This document shows, one piece after another, positions 36,496 through 49,780 of a stretch of DNA of 64,000 bases; position 1 is the first letter of the stretch, and each line of letters begins with the position of its first letter. The notes under the pieces were generated by a model. That model searched no databases and was not told the origin of the DNA. It saw nothing but the letters and a program-made list of their open reading frames with translations. Origin of the DNA: Podarcis liolepis (taxonomy: Eukaryota); NCBI GenBank assembly GCA_965112155.1, contig OZ218105.1. The stretch is one strand, 5' to 3'. The translations under genes were made by a program, and so were the position numbers.

Positions 36496-39400
36496 AAGAC
36501 CATTATAATAATGCCTATTATTATTATTATTATTATTATTATTTTGACACTCATCCAGAGTACATGTATTTAACATTCCTTACTTTATCAGTGACACTGT
36601 GTAGAAGTCTACCAAGAGTAGTCATGTTCTTAAAAAGCTAGAATGATTTTTTCCAACTAGTATCCGAAAGAAAGCTATCCACCCACAATACCTCGTTCCA
36701 AAGCATCTCATAATTTGTTGTTTACATATTCTCAGTGTATCTAGTTGTTCTATTTATAAACAGTATAACCAACATGACTGCCTAAAAGGATTTGCAAAAT
36801 TTAATTTCAAGAAAAACAAAACACCTTGTTTTTATTAACTTCAATTTTTGCTTCATCTCTGCATTTTTGCTACGGTAGTTTCTCACACTGTTATTTCTAA
36901 CACTTAAATAAGAACAGAGGAGCTTGCTTCTTTATATATATAGAGGGGGAAAGGTTCCCTCCACTGAATAATTTTGATGCTGATAAAATACTATTTCACC
37001 TCTGCTCTCATATTTCTGGCTAAAAATGTTCCTTACTTTCTGAAGTACCTGCAGTATTTTGTTCACCATCAGTGCACACTGGAGCTTCAGCAGCTCTCTT
37101 TATTAAGGCTGTCAGCTCTGATCACCGCAGCTGCATTCCTCATCCTGTTCTTCCAGGGAATGTAAGCTTGAAAGTTAGCCTAAATGAATTGCTTTCAGCG
37201 GTAATAACGCATTGGCAATTTTTCATGCAGCCATCACAAGCAATTTGGGCAGCATGTTGTATTTAAATCTTTTATTCTCATTTAACGCTTTCCAAAAAAA
37301 AAACCCACCTCGGAGGCATTCCTTCTACCTCAGAAAGTTCTGAAGTACTTGTTAATAAGAGGGCTCTATAGCAGACTACTAATTCCTTTGATGAGAGGCA
37401 TGCTTTCAGAAAAGAATAACTCTTTTGTCTGTTAATAATAGGGAACCCATAACTTTTCAATTTGATCTCAGTGACAGGGAATTATAAAAAATGGGAATCT
37501 TTCCCTGTACAAATGTGAATGCTAAGTTTGCCGTGCCTGATCAGTTGTTTCAAATTACATCATCACAGGAATTCCACTAGTAGATCAGGACTATTTAAAA
37601 GCCCACCCCATTCAGAATAATCTTTGACCTATAAAAACAACCCTGCAGAACTTGTGTCTTGCAAAGTCAAATGCAGCCCACTGGCTGTCTTCCAGGAGTT
37701 TGATATCCCGCCATCAACACTTCTACGTAAAATGGACTGTGCATTTAAAAACGAAAAGTATCTATGGCAGACATGCACATTTTGTGATGCACCAGGCTCA
37801 ACATAGGCTTCCAGCCATGATGGCTTATTAATTGCTAAATAAGCTTCTTTGGTTCCTGCTGCAAAAACTGGGTGACATAAAATCTCTGTTCTGGTGCCTG
37901 GTCTATGCTGTAATATGCATGCAAGTACCACTCCATGTTGCAGTTGTTGAGTAATATGGATGCATGCATGAAGCTTCTCACACATTTTAACCAAAGGCAG
38001 TTTTAATTATGTGATGCTCAAAAAAGAACGTGGAACATTCCACCCAGGATTGTACCCTTCAGAATGCAGGTCTGAGATTGTGTGTTTCCACCCTATCCAG
38101 TCTAACAAGTTAGGGAGAAATCTGAACTTAAATGCTTCTCCTGACAGAATCACTCTCTAGATTCACAGACATTCATAGCCGCCAAACATGAAATTGCCCC
38201 CATCCCTGTTGGGACCGTAGCATGTGCATTTCTCCTAATCTAGTTTTTCAGTTATTTGAATTGCAATAAGTATACTGAAATAAGATTCTGCTCTGACAAC
38301 TGAGATCCACTGCACATTGAGATGCACTGAAAAGCACCAGTACTTACGAGTATTAAAAATACTCTGAACACAAAAACCAAGTGCTGGGGAGTGCATGAGG
38401 GCTTAATAAGTAAGTACCCAGATATGTGAACTTTGTCAAAACCTACTCAAAACAGCTTCTGTGTGCATCTTTTTCTCCCACATAATCCTTTTGATGGATT
38501 GATGAATAACTCCTGTTTAGACACAAGGGAAGCTGTTTTTCACAAGTATAAATATCACCACTAATTATTTTGGTCAGTAGGAAGAACAAGGTTGACAATA
38601 ACAGTGACATTTAGAAAAAAGCTGCAATAGCCAACTATTATCCTTTTCACCATGTTATAGAAATAACACTTGCCATATAAAATAGGAGTGCAGAATCCAA
38701 AGCTGAAAATATACCAAAAGGCTGTGTCATCAGAACCCCGCAACATAATGCAGGGCCATTATATGTCATCTCAGCATAGATCAATCCACACTATTCCCAG
38801 CACAGCACTCAACATTTAGAAAGTGTGTACACTGCATAGCAATGTCAGAGACACCAGGCAAAACAAACAAACACAAAAATGAATACAATTAAATATAAAT
38901 ATCACAATTACTAGTCAATTTCACCTACGGAAGAATTCTTTCACACCCCATGACTATGATAATTCAAATTCAAATGAACACAACAAAAACTCATTTTCTG
39001 ATTAATCCCAAGGAAACTCAGATCCTATGTCTGCCCTACTCACAGCCAGTTTTTTATAGATAATGGCACAATCCGAACCATGTCTGATCAGAAGTAAGTC
39101 TTATTACTCTTAATGTGGATCCAGTTTAAGTGAGATGTTGAAGTTGGTATTACCAAGTGGAAACTAGCAGAGAAATGGAGTGCAAATCTCCAGTCTAGCA
39201 GGCTATCCCTTACAAGCTCTCTGCTCCTAAGGTGATGGAATCTGAGAGGAGTAGTCAAGCACATAGAGGATAGAAGGGTTCTGTTGGACCCAGACGTCTG
39301 CTAGGTGTTTGCTCCCTTGGATCAGTCCAGATTACTGAATGACTAGTCTCTGGTGCCCTTGTCTCCAGTCCATGCTTCTTGCTCTTGGACTAATAAAATA

Positions 39401-39721
39401 ATAATAAATTGGACTAGATACAGGCCCTGCTTGCTTGCTGACTACTTTCACCCTTCAACTCCAGACCTGAACTTAGAACTGCTTCCATAACCAAGCCAGC
39501 ACAGAAGGATGCAAGCCTTTTCTATGCCAAGTGTGAAGAATATGATCTATTTAGTGAGAAACTCCAATGAAAATCCTCGTTACATATTTTTACATGGCTG
39601 TTTATTTGTATATATTTAAATTTTTTATATATGGATGTTTTATGATGGCCTATATTTGTAATGCCCAATAAAGGTTTGGCAAAGTAGATATATTTAGTGC
39701 AAGTGAAACTTCAGGAACATA

Positions 39722-39949
39722 CAGTAGTACCTCGGGTTACAGACACTTCAGGTTACAGACGCTTCAGGTTACAGACTCCGCTAACCCAGAAATAGTACCT
39801 CAGGTTAAGAAATTTGCTTCAGGATGAGAACAGAAATCACGTGGCAGCGGGAGGCCCCATTAGCTAAAGTGGTACCTCAGGTTAAGAACAGTTTCAGGTT
39901 AAGAACGGACCTCCAGAACGAATTAAGTTCCTAACCCAAGGTACCACTG
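39722..39949 (-). mobile_element. Tc1/mariner-pogo-type MITE, family B
   Basis: TA|CAGTAGTACCTCGGGTTA ... TAACCCAAGGTACCACTG|TA; inverted homologue of 12819-13043. Confidence 0.88.
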
Positions 39950-40656
39950 TATACTGTAAGGAAGCCCCCAAATGGACAAGAAGAGATCCCACTTCTCTGA
40001 TGTACCGGTAAAACATCAGTTCAAAGTGAAAAATGAAAATATGGCAGATATATGAACTGTAAGACAAATTAACTTAACTGCCTTCAAACAAAAAGTATCT
40101 CAAACAAAGAACCAGGTAGTATCCATTTATATTGAATCCAGGAGTTTTGGCTCCAGGGAGCTTATTCCAGACCTGTTACGATTTTAAAACATTTATATGC
40201 TTGAAACGTCAATTTGTTTAAAAGCCAATGCATATCCACTCATGTCCACAGCCTTCTTTGGTATAAAAAGCTCTCTCCCATCAAAAGTGTTACATTCTTA
40301 GGGTTCAACCTAGACATAGAAACACTGTCCAGGTTACTTCAATGGAATATAGAATACATCATAAATAACTTATAGAGACAATGCAAAATAAGTTTTTAAA
40401 AGTATCACCCCAGTAACATCCCTGCTCCTATTTAACGAGCGTGACCACCATCCCTCGCTTTCGCTGTCTAAATCTATTGAATATGAACAGGTCACAGACA
40501 ACTATGCACACAGTTTTTCACAGGGACAAATTGGGGAGAGCACATGTTTGGCAGCCTTTGGAACATCAACTCTAATATCCAACTGCTCTGTTCCTCCTGC
40601 CTTTCCTGGTGTTAACTTGATCTGCTTAGATCAGTGAGCTCTGGCAAGAAGAGGAT

Positions 40657-40722
40657 TTGCAGGCTGTTGGACTAGTTGACCCTTTGGGGACCTTTCCAAC
40701 TCCACAGTTCTATGATTCTATG
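40657..40722 (+). mobile_element. CR1 3' end fragment
   Basis: TTGGACTAGTTGACCCTTTGGGGACCTTTCCAACTCCACAGTTCTATGATTCTATG. Confidence 0.7.
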
Positions 40723-40764
40723 GCAGGGTCCAATATTATGGGCCAGGGACACCCCGGGCAAAAA

Positions 40765-41515
40765 GATCTTTACAAGATGCCTGAAGCAAATTGTAGTTGC
40801 TGCTTCACATATGGAAGAGGAAAGGGCTTTTCACAGTAGAGGAGCAAAAACAGAAAAAGTCCATTTTCAGGTCACCTGTAATATTCTCTAGGGTCTAGTA
40901 CAGGGGTCTGCAACCCACGGCTCCGGAGCCACATGTGGCTCTTTTACACCTTTGCCGCGGCTCCGGGGCGGATACTAGCGAGGGGAGGAGGCGCATTGTG
41001 CGCCCCGACACTCCCCACTGTGGCGGGCGCTGTACTGGCTGTGACATCGCATGGGGGCGGTGCGTGCGTTAGTCACGCACCGTCCTGACGTCACCTTCCT
41101 GCCCGTTGTCAGATCGTGGCTCCGGAGATATATTTGTTTTAAATGTCGCAATGGGTTTGCGGCTCCCAGGTTTTTTTCCTTCAGAAATGGGTCCAAGTGG
41201 CTCTTTTTGTCTTAAAGGTTGCAGACCCCTGGTCTAGTAGAATTTCCCCAGAAGGATCTAAGTGATCTTACATGTTTATACAGGGGCAGGCAGTCTTTCA
41301 GGTCCCAAGTTGTTCAGGGCTTGTACATGTTTACAGCAAGACCTTGGAACATGGCCTGGTAGCTGATCAGCAGCCAGAGCAGTTCCCTCAGCACAGGTGT
41401 AATAATATGTGTGCTGCCAGGTGCTCCAGTCAACAGCTTGACACAGCATTCTGTACCAGCTGCAGATTCTGGGCCAAGGCCAAGAGAAGCCCCACACAGA
41501 GCGCATTACACCATG
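40765..41515 (-). mobile_element. Old L2 fragment interrupted by a hAT MITE
   Basis: Decayed L2 3' ORF/UTR on both sides of the MITE (AGGGCTTTTCACAG; GCAGCTTGACACAGCATTCTGTACCAGCTGCAG). Confidence 0.55.
40901..41231. mobile_element. Young hAT (Charlie-like) MITE
   Basis: Perfect 15-bp TIRs CAGGGGTCTGCAACC and GGTTGCAGACCCCTG. Perfect 8-bp TSD GTCTAGTA (40893-40900 and 41232-41239). Subterminal GGCTC repeats; CpG-rich. Confidence 0.93.
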
Positions 41516-44279
41516 ATCCTATGCCAGCTTTGCCAGAATCTCACATCAGCACTGCAAACAGATACATTATGCAAATTGGGGAGGGGGGGTCAGGCTCCAT
41601 ATTGGCATCCAGTGCTTTTGTTTAGAGCTTAGTTAATCATTTCAGCATTGGTGCAGTATGATTTCGAATTGAGGACACAGTATGCCTGTGTTCTTTCAGA
41701 TTAGCTGTTAAGGCCTCAAAGGTTCTTTAATCATGTTTTGGGATTGCTGTGATTCGTATCTCAGCCTTCCTGAAAGTTGCTAGATACTTGAAGTGCCAGG
41801 TTATATATAGATAATGCTTATCACCCAAACTGCAAAACAGTTTAAGGAAAGGGAACATTAGAAGATCTGTTTGGCTGCAAAACAGCAATCACAGTCCATC
41901 AGAGCAAAAAGGATTAAAAAGTGACGTTACATATTATGGTTGATTTAGACATTAACCCAGGACCTTTGGATTTAGTTTCCTTTGGATGAGAAATTTCTAG
42001 TGTCTTGTGTAATATTTGCTTTATTTGATTTTAAATAAATGAAGAGCACATGGCGGGGGGAACAAAAAATCCTTCAGCAGCTAACTCCTTGAGTTTTAAT
42101 AGAGCAACTGAGGGCAATGGAGGCCCCAACCCCAGCACTGGCCAACTCCAGGTCAAAATCACTGCCATCAATCATTTTGCCTCAATCTGTCTCTGATAAT
42201 TCAAACCTACTGTACTTATATACATACACACTGCCACTGCTTATTTGCTCATTTAGGAAAAATCTGTAATTATTAAACAAAGGTTATTTTGTAAAATCCT
42301 TGACTCAATAGCTGAGGCAAAACAATAGGGATGGACAAGTTGACATCAATCAAACTCATATTATTTCATACCAGTATAAAACGTTTTAGAAAAAAGCTAA
42401 TGATATTGATTAAAAAAGGTCAAATGTGTTTGCATAACATCAGGCGTAAGGCAGGTAAAGACCTGGTTGAGCTGAAATGAGTTGGCAGGCTCTGCTAATC
42501 AGCTGGCTGGTGGTACCCACAATGGCCTATAAAACAGCTGAACATTGTGTCTTGCAGAGTGCTTTGAAAAACACTTTGCAGGCTGTACATTTGTCTGCAG
42601 CATTTGATTTAAAACTGTGCAAGTAAAAAAGGTGATTGACAAGCAGGTAGCCCCACTTACACATCAAATTTGGTCAATGTTGGGTGAGGGAGATAACAAC
42701 CTGGATAGATCCTGTTCCTGGTGGTGAACTAAGGAGTCTCAAATATCAGTGGCACCCTGTGCAATGCCAAACATTGGCACACCCCGCTTTTCACCTTCCA
42801 TTCTATGCATCTCCATCGATTTAGGGGTTGCACACAGGCACAAGCAAAATGAATGGCTTCTTGGGCACAGCAAAAGGTCTCTAGGTTTTCAAGGCAGAAA
42901 AAGAACTTTGCCTAAGTTAACTCATGGTTCTGTCCTGAACCAAGGAGGAAAGTCTTTTAGATGATGGTCCTTGGAATTTGAAAAGGGAGACTGAGGGCTA
43001 TAATAAATTGAAAACTATGTATGGCTTGAAACCTCTCTTTTTGTTAGAACATATCTGACTTCTGTCATCAGAGGGAACAACGTGTTCCATTCTTAATTTG
43101 GATGGCTACTAATATTCTTTGTACAGGAGCAATAAGCCAGTTTTTAAAAGCAGCTTTCCCTCTTTCCGTGGGGATGTTTTTGGCAGCTGTATTTATAGAG
43201 GGTCTGATTGAAAACCCACTGAAGCTCATGGCTTATTATTTCCAACAGGTTTTTTGGCTTCAAAACAGAAATGGAGGCAGCTGTCCGTAAAGGCATTGAT
43301 TCTGGTCAATCATCAAAATCATTAAGAAAAAGGCATAGGATAAAGCACGCTTAATAATATTTGGCATTTATATGATGATTTATAGTGTGTTGCATTCATG
43401 ATCTTTTAATGTTTACAACAATAATGTAAGGTAGGCCAGTTTTATTATCCTCATATTATATTCTTTTATATCATAGGGCTGCAAGAGAAGGACATTCTTA
43501 AGGTGAGGCAAAGTTTGAATCAAGGATTTTTAGCTGATTTTTAGCTCAGGCTGCAGTTCTATACACACTTACCTGGAAGTCGACATGCATAGGATTACAC
43601 AGCCAATCTCCTAGCTACTTTAATATAAAAGTTGCTTCAGTCTCAGTTTCAGCCTAGAGAAGTAGCTATGGAAATATGCGATGCAGATTTAAATAATTTT
43701 GAAAGTTTCTGTAATGACGTAAGTTGAAGGAATCACTGAAGAAAATGTAAACTGATAGTATTACCCTTTGAAATATTATTTACATCTTCAAAAAAACATA
43801 AACTTGTAATAACCTAAAATTTCTATAAGTGTGATCTGATTTGTTTATACTTACATCATATTTGTTTCAATAATGATGCTACTAGTGGTTTCATTTTATT
43901 TGAATTTTTGTGGATATAGCATCCACATACCACTAGTTAACAACCATAGAAGATGTGTCCTTCATTGTCTATTAGCCAAGATGCTCAGAAGAGGGCAGCT
44001 TCATGGTCTGGATACCCCAAATCTATGACAGGATTGTAAATGGCATGAAGCAAATTACTTCATAATTAATTATCTTGTGACTTCACTTCATTAATAGCCA
44101 CTGTGGATGAGTACACTGGGATCATTCTTTCAATGAGAAATAAACTAAAACTGAACAATGCCCAGGACTTCAGTGAAGCTCGGAGAACATAAATGACTAG
44201 ATTAGCAAACATGCTTAATTATTTCTAAGAAGTGAAACAAAGTATGTGAAGAAAATATATAGCCAAGGAAGATAAAATA

Positions 44280-44531
44280 CAGTCATACCTCGGGTTAAAG
44301 TCACTTCGGGTTAAATCTTTTCAGGTTGCGTCCCGCGGCGACCCAGAACTAATGGAACGGGTTACTTCCAGGTTATGCCACTCGCGCATGCACAGACATT
44401 CAAAATGATGTTACACGCATGTGCAGAACCGGCGAATCGCGACCCATGCACGCGCAGACGTGGGTTGTGTTCTACCCAGGATATGAACAGGGCTTCAGAA
44501 CGGATCCCGTTCGCATCCAGAGGTACCACTG
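44280..44531 (-). mobile_element. Tc1/mariner-pogo-type MITE, family A
   Basis: TA|CAGTCATACCTCGGGTT ... GAGGTACCACTG|TA; inverted homologue of 3989-4234. Confidence 0.85.
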
Positions 44532-47500
44532 TATAAGTTGTGGTTTATTTCATGATCAAGGACAGAGAGTCCATGATATTCCAGGACTTAAAAGAAGCCT
44601 GTGTTCTCCCTTGCATTAGTAGACTTCTGTCTGCCTAGAATTGTATACAACCAAGTAATATTTGAACATTAGTAGTTTTTGAGATAAATTATACAATTTC
44701 ACATCACTAGTAGATATAGCAACCTTGCAAAAAAAGTTAACACAAACCCTCTACATTTAAACTGGAGGGAAATAAACAACAATTTCTAGTGAAATCTCAT
44801 ACGAAAGCTTCAGAATTCTGCTCTGCAAAAGATACTGGCTTGGAGCCACCGAAAAGGCCATGGAAGAGGGCTGGCGGAAGTCGATCTTCCTTCTCCTAGA
44901 TGCCCCACAACACCTGAAAATCCAACCCCCAAGAGACTGGGGGCACTATTCAATGGGGTGAGGTGTTGTTCAGTGGACTGAGCAAAAAGCGAGACCCCCC
45001 AAGAAAAAGCTAGAGGCACCTTCTGTGAAAGGGAATCAGCTTCTGCCAGCCTCCTTTTGTGGGATTCTCTGTGGATCCAGTGGATCCTATCCATACATGC
45101 CTAGATGCTGATGTGAGAAAGCCACATTATTTTACTTCTCTCAAAGCAATTAACAAAAATTCACCCAAAGTGAAATTGCATTTTGCTTGGTATAAAAGTA
45201 ACCACTAATGTATGGTTACATTAGTGGGTGGGTGGGTGTGTGCGCGCGTGCACACACACACACACACACAGTCCAATAAGTGAAATGCAGTAAAAATATT
45301 ACATTTTTTTGAGAGCAAGACAATGTTTTTCAATAACCATTATTAAGATAAAAGAATAACTGCATACTTTTGTTTGAATATACCAGGGGCTGTAAATCAG
45401 AGGCTATTCAACAGACTACAATATGTGGTACAACACAATTTGCTAAAAAGGCAACATTAATTGGGGAAAGCTGAAGATCTTTAATGAAGATGGGAGTTTA
45501 ATAGCAGGAAAAGAATATGAAAGAATGACAATCTCAATAAGAATTAACTTTCTTAAGACCCCTATTCAGCAAGGGTAATTCCAAACAGCTTTTGGGGATG
45601 TCTTAATGCAAACAAATGTGAGCAGTTTTGACTACACATTCACATTTGTTTGCACACCAGAGCTTAGGCTTTATCCTGTACAAGGTTCTAGGCAGCAGCA
45701 AGGCTGACGAGACAGGGGCGTTTCAGAGGTATAAGCAAAGTAGCTGCCAGAGAATGTGTCCCAAAGGTCCATGGTGTGAACGGAACTCCCCTCAGTTTGA
45801 ATAGTAATTGGCTTGACAATTGCCAGCATCATCTATGAAAGGTATTTTTAAAAGTTGCATTTCCACACTGCTACTTTCAAACTGTACTGCAAGAGCCTCA
45901 CATTGCCTGGGCAACCACTAGTCACAAAGGTATAGCTGTTTATATTACATCAATTTTATGTTTTCCCTTTGTGCTTTTTTGCTCCCAGAATGAAATTCAT
46001 TTCATATTGTATAGCTGATATAAATATACAAGTTGTCTCCTGTGATGTTCACTGTGTTCTTTGTTCTGTTGGTCTGTTATTTATGTCCTCTGTTTAGTGA
46101 TTTTTAAGCATTATCAATTTGTCTATTGGAATGATCTGAAGTTTTTGTATTCCCAGCAGCTAAGAAAGAGAGAGACATGCAGACAAAAACCCAACCAGAA
46201 ACCTGCTGTGGTTGGAATGTCTCCTCCTACAAAATGTCATCTAACACCAATTGCCTTATGGCAGCTGCATAAGCTACTGTTTCGCACTACAACTTCTAAC
46301 AACCTCAGTCAGCATGGACACTGGGATGATCAGAGTCCCACAATATTTGAGGGCACCAGGTTGGGTAAGCCTTATCTATGGGAATGCATTCAGGAGAAAG
46401 AGGTGGGAAGGTTAAGACAACGCTGGACACCTAGTCTAGGTGGGCTGGTTTTATTTTGTTTTAAATGGGTAGTTTTGGATAACTGCACTGCATTTTATAA
46501 ACCTTGTGACCCACTTTAAGAACTCCTGTTAAAGACTGGAATATACATCTACCAGATAGATAAAAATAATACATTTGTTTTTGTAAAAGACACATTTAAT
46601 TATGCATACTCTGTCCTTCCCTTTTATATTACAAATCTTTTTTTTAAAAAAAAGTTCAGGCAGTTCAATTTCAGCAATATATGAACATGCACCAAAATGC
46701 CTTTCTTCAGCACCTGAAATATGCAGATGTTAAAAATGTATAAATAAATAATATTAATTATTAGAATTGCAAGCAGAAAACTACTTTCTTTGAAATAAAG
46801 CCACACAACAAATTTGACTTGTGAACCATATATTCTTGAATTTAGAATTTTGCATTGGTGGGTGTAAATGGGAGAAAAATCAAAATCCTGGAAAAGCCAA
46901 GGAGTTAAATAATCAAAGCAAGGGAAAAGGAGACAGGAATGAGAAATACTGAGTGATGGAGACACCATCCAAAATTAGCTGACACCATAAACAGGTTGTT
47001 CTGAAAGTATTTGTATTCCACCAACCAATTTCTTAGCACAGAAGTTGCAAGCTGCAGCCAAAGTGAGAATGTCTGGTTGGGACACCGGAACACCAAGTCC
47101 CAGTTGAAATCCTACATTCTTCTATATGTCATAACTAAATCTACAGCTTACAATTCTCTTGACAGCCTTTGCAATACATAGTCTATGTTAGAACAACAGC
47201 TAATTGTTTGAAGAAATATCAACAGAGCATCATGTGTTGGGGGCTCTGTTCTTGGTTTTATTGCCCCAACTGTTTAAAAGAGAGGAGCTGGGGAGAGCAG
47301 GGCAGCCCAATCACAGTGGATCAGGGTAGGGGGAGGTATAGTGTAGGAGGTGGGGCAGGCTGGGTAAGAGGCATACAGCACTAGCGCAGGGGGATGACCC
47401 TTATCCTTACCCATGCACACAGTCCACACACTCCCTAGATCTGCCCTGAAGGTTGGGGGGAAAACCCCTGGACAGTTTTAGGGGGCACATGGAGCGAGGA

Positions 47501-48779
47501 GAGGGGGAGATAATTCCACTGAGCAAGGAGAAATCCTTGCTCTCGTAGAACAAGCTGCTTAGTGCCACATTGAATGCAACTCCTGGTTATAAAAGCTATG
47601 CATACTACAGTATGTTTATACAACTTTACAGTTCTGGAGTTCCACTATTCTTTTGTCCACAACAACACTGAAAACTGTCTGTCATGCTATTAAACCTGCT
47701 TGAATCTTAAGATGAACACTCCTTTCAAGATAGTGGAGTCGTGGATGATCTGCTTGAACAGGATGCTAATTTTAGACTTGGCCTACATGCCTTTTTTTTC
47801 TTGCCACTAGGATGATTCATGCTTCTTCAAATGCAAAGCTCCAGCTTCAAGTTCTCATATATATCTCATGATACAGAAGTCAAAGGACAGAAGATGAGAA
47901 ATTCCCGCAAGGAATATTTTTATATATTCATTGTGACAAAGGCTCCAAGCCACTTGCCAGACCTGAAAACTCTCACTGACAAAACAACAATCCCGATACA
48001 CTCTTTCCCCATCTCTGTAGTAGTCTTGGAAAAGTTGCCCATGAGGTAGGATGCAGACAAAATTACAAGTGTGGCTTTGGATGTTATAAAGCCGTGTGGG
48101 AGAGGAAGCACACCCAAGCACAAATTGTATCTTGCTTCAGGGCTGGAGGAAGGAAGAAAGGACAAGTTCCAGAATCAGTAACAAGTGCTCATTTCCCGTC
48201 AGAAAATTGCTTAGCTGGGTTTTTACAGTGAGCTATTAAAAAGAATGGTTCTGGGGTTGACAGCCCTTGACTGGTCCAACAGACAAACTGAAGAACTATG
48301 AGGACATGTGCCACTTCTGCCACTGCTGCAAATGCACACCAGTGCATCCAATAACACTGAAACATATAGACTAGTCATGGGATGTGTAAAATACCAGGAA
48401 AGATTAGGAGCATTCCACAGAGAAAAGTAGTAAGAACATAGAAAAAGAAAAAGAGACACATAGATAATTGAATGTCAGCTCAAGGCTTGTTTTAGTGTCT
48501 TTCACAGCTCCAAATCATCTAAGTAAAGCTCTGCCAATTGATTCCTAACCAGAACAAAGGCAGCATAATTGCACCATGGCCCTTTCTATGTTGTGATGGC
48601 AAGGACAATAAAATAAAATAAAATCTTATTCATATGCATTTCCAGAAAATGTAGGTTATGGATATAATGTGCTGTTGATTTCCTGCATCTCCAGTAAAAC
48701 AGATTCAGTTAATATTTCTTATATAGTTTATTAGGAGGTAAGTACCATTGATACATGGATTTGAAAAGAAAAGAAAAAC

Positions 48780-49780
48780 CTTTCAGAACAGTGCTTGTGT
48801 TCTCAAAACTGATTTAAATAGCTAGGACCATTCTTCTTGTGAGATAGCAGGACTGTGATTTGCCAAGTCTTTCTCCCATTTGGTTTTATATGTAGGCTGT
48901 AACTGAGTGTATGCAATGCCAGTGAGTAATAGATACATTTTGCTAATTAGTTTTTTTTTTTTTTGAGCTGGTGCTAAGTAAAAGATCTTCACAAACTGAA
49001 TATTGACATAATAATCCATATTTAGTCATTTGTTCCACTAAGAGTCTAAATTGAAAGAAGTAGAACATCGGGGGTCTTATTTGATTTAGAGCTTCTACGG
49101 CTTGATCATACAAAATTACATATCCATCTCTGCACCATTTAACAAGATATAACATGTTTTGCTAAGCCCAAATTGATGAGTTTACGGTAGGATATAACTG
49201 ATTCCCTATAAATTCATTTGGACATTATGGAGGTCAATAGGGATGTAGCTGGTGCTAGTTTTTGAAGCTCATTTCAAATTTACAGTACAGATTTGGTGAG
49301 TGAGGTAAGTTTGGGATCCAGAATTTGTGTTTTTGGCTTGTACCGCAGAAATCCCCCAAGTACCTTTTGCTATTTTTTATTGGTGTTTTGTTACTTTGCA
49401 GTGTTTGATTTCTAACGGGAGTGTGTTAAGTAGAATTTTTTTTTTGGGGGGGGGGAGAATAGTTACTAACCTGCCTATCAAGGATAGAGAGAATGTCTCC
49501 CAGTTTCCCAAATTTTTATTTCTGTTGTCATTTTATTACAGTTATATTCTTTTATTATCTGTTTTCAGAATGCTGCCATATCCCCAAATATCTGACTGGA
49601 TTGTTTTTCTATTGAAGGCCAATTTGTTCCAGGAGTTTCTTATTCTTAAGAGTCCTAGGCTCTGTGGTTCAACCCACAGCGCCACCCACGCCACCCGCAT
49701 CCCAATGAGAATAGAGGCATCTAAATTTCTGTGACTGAAGCCAGCTTTTATATTAATTTAGATAAATCATATCCATGCAG
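48780..49780 (-). mobile_element. Degraded L1-clade LINE ORF2 fragment
   Basis: Minus-strand remnants PVRYLGI, NKNLGNWETFSLSLIGRLVTI and LISKMYLLL...KTKWEKDL....ISQEEW resemble vertebrate L1 ORF2 downstream of the RT domain. Many frameshifts. Confidence 0.6.
49648..49703 (-). mobile_element. Sauria-type SINE 5' head only
   Basis: AGTCCTAGGCTCTGTGGTTCAACCCACAGCGCCACCC...GCATCCC matches the SINE head at 53575-53619. Confidence 0.8.

Noticed and set aside
36974-37994. ORFs in non-repeat stretches (also 10187-10755, 24090-24338, 46061-46519) as host exons
   Set aside because: No recognisable protein similarity or consistent splice-site pairs. Some may be conserved non-coding elements, which cannot be judged without alignments.
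49600-49780. SINE-L1 template-switch chimera
   Set aside because: L1-like coding remnants appear to continue on the far side of the SINE head, and the L1 is much more decayed, so a later insertion is more likely.
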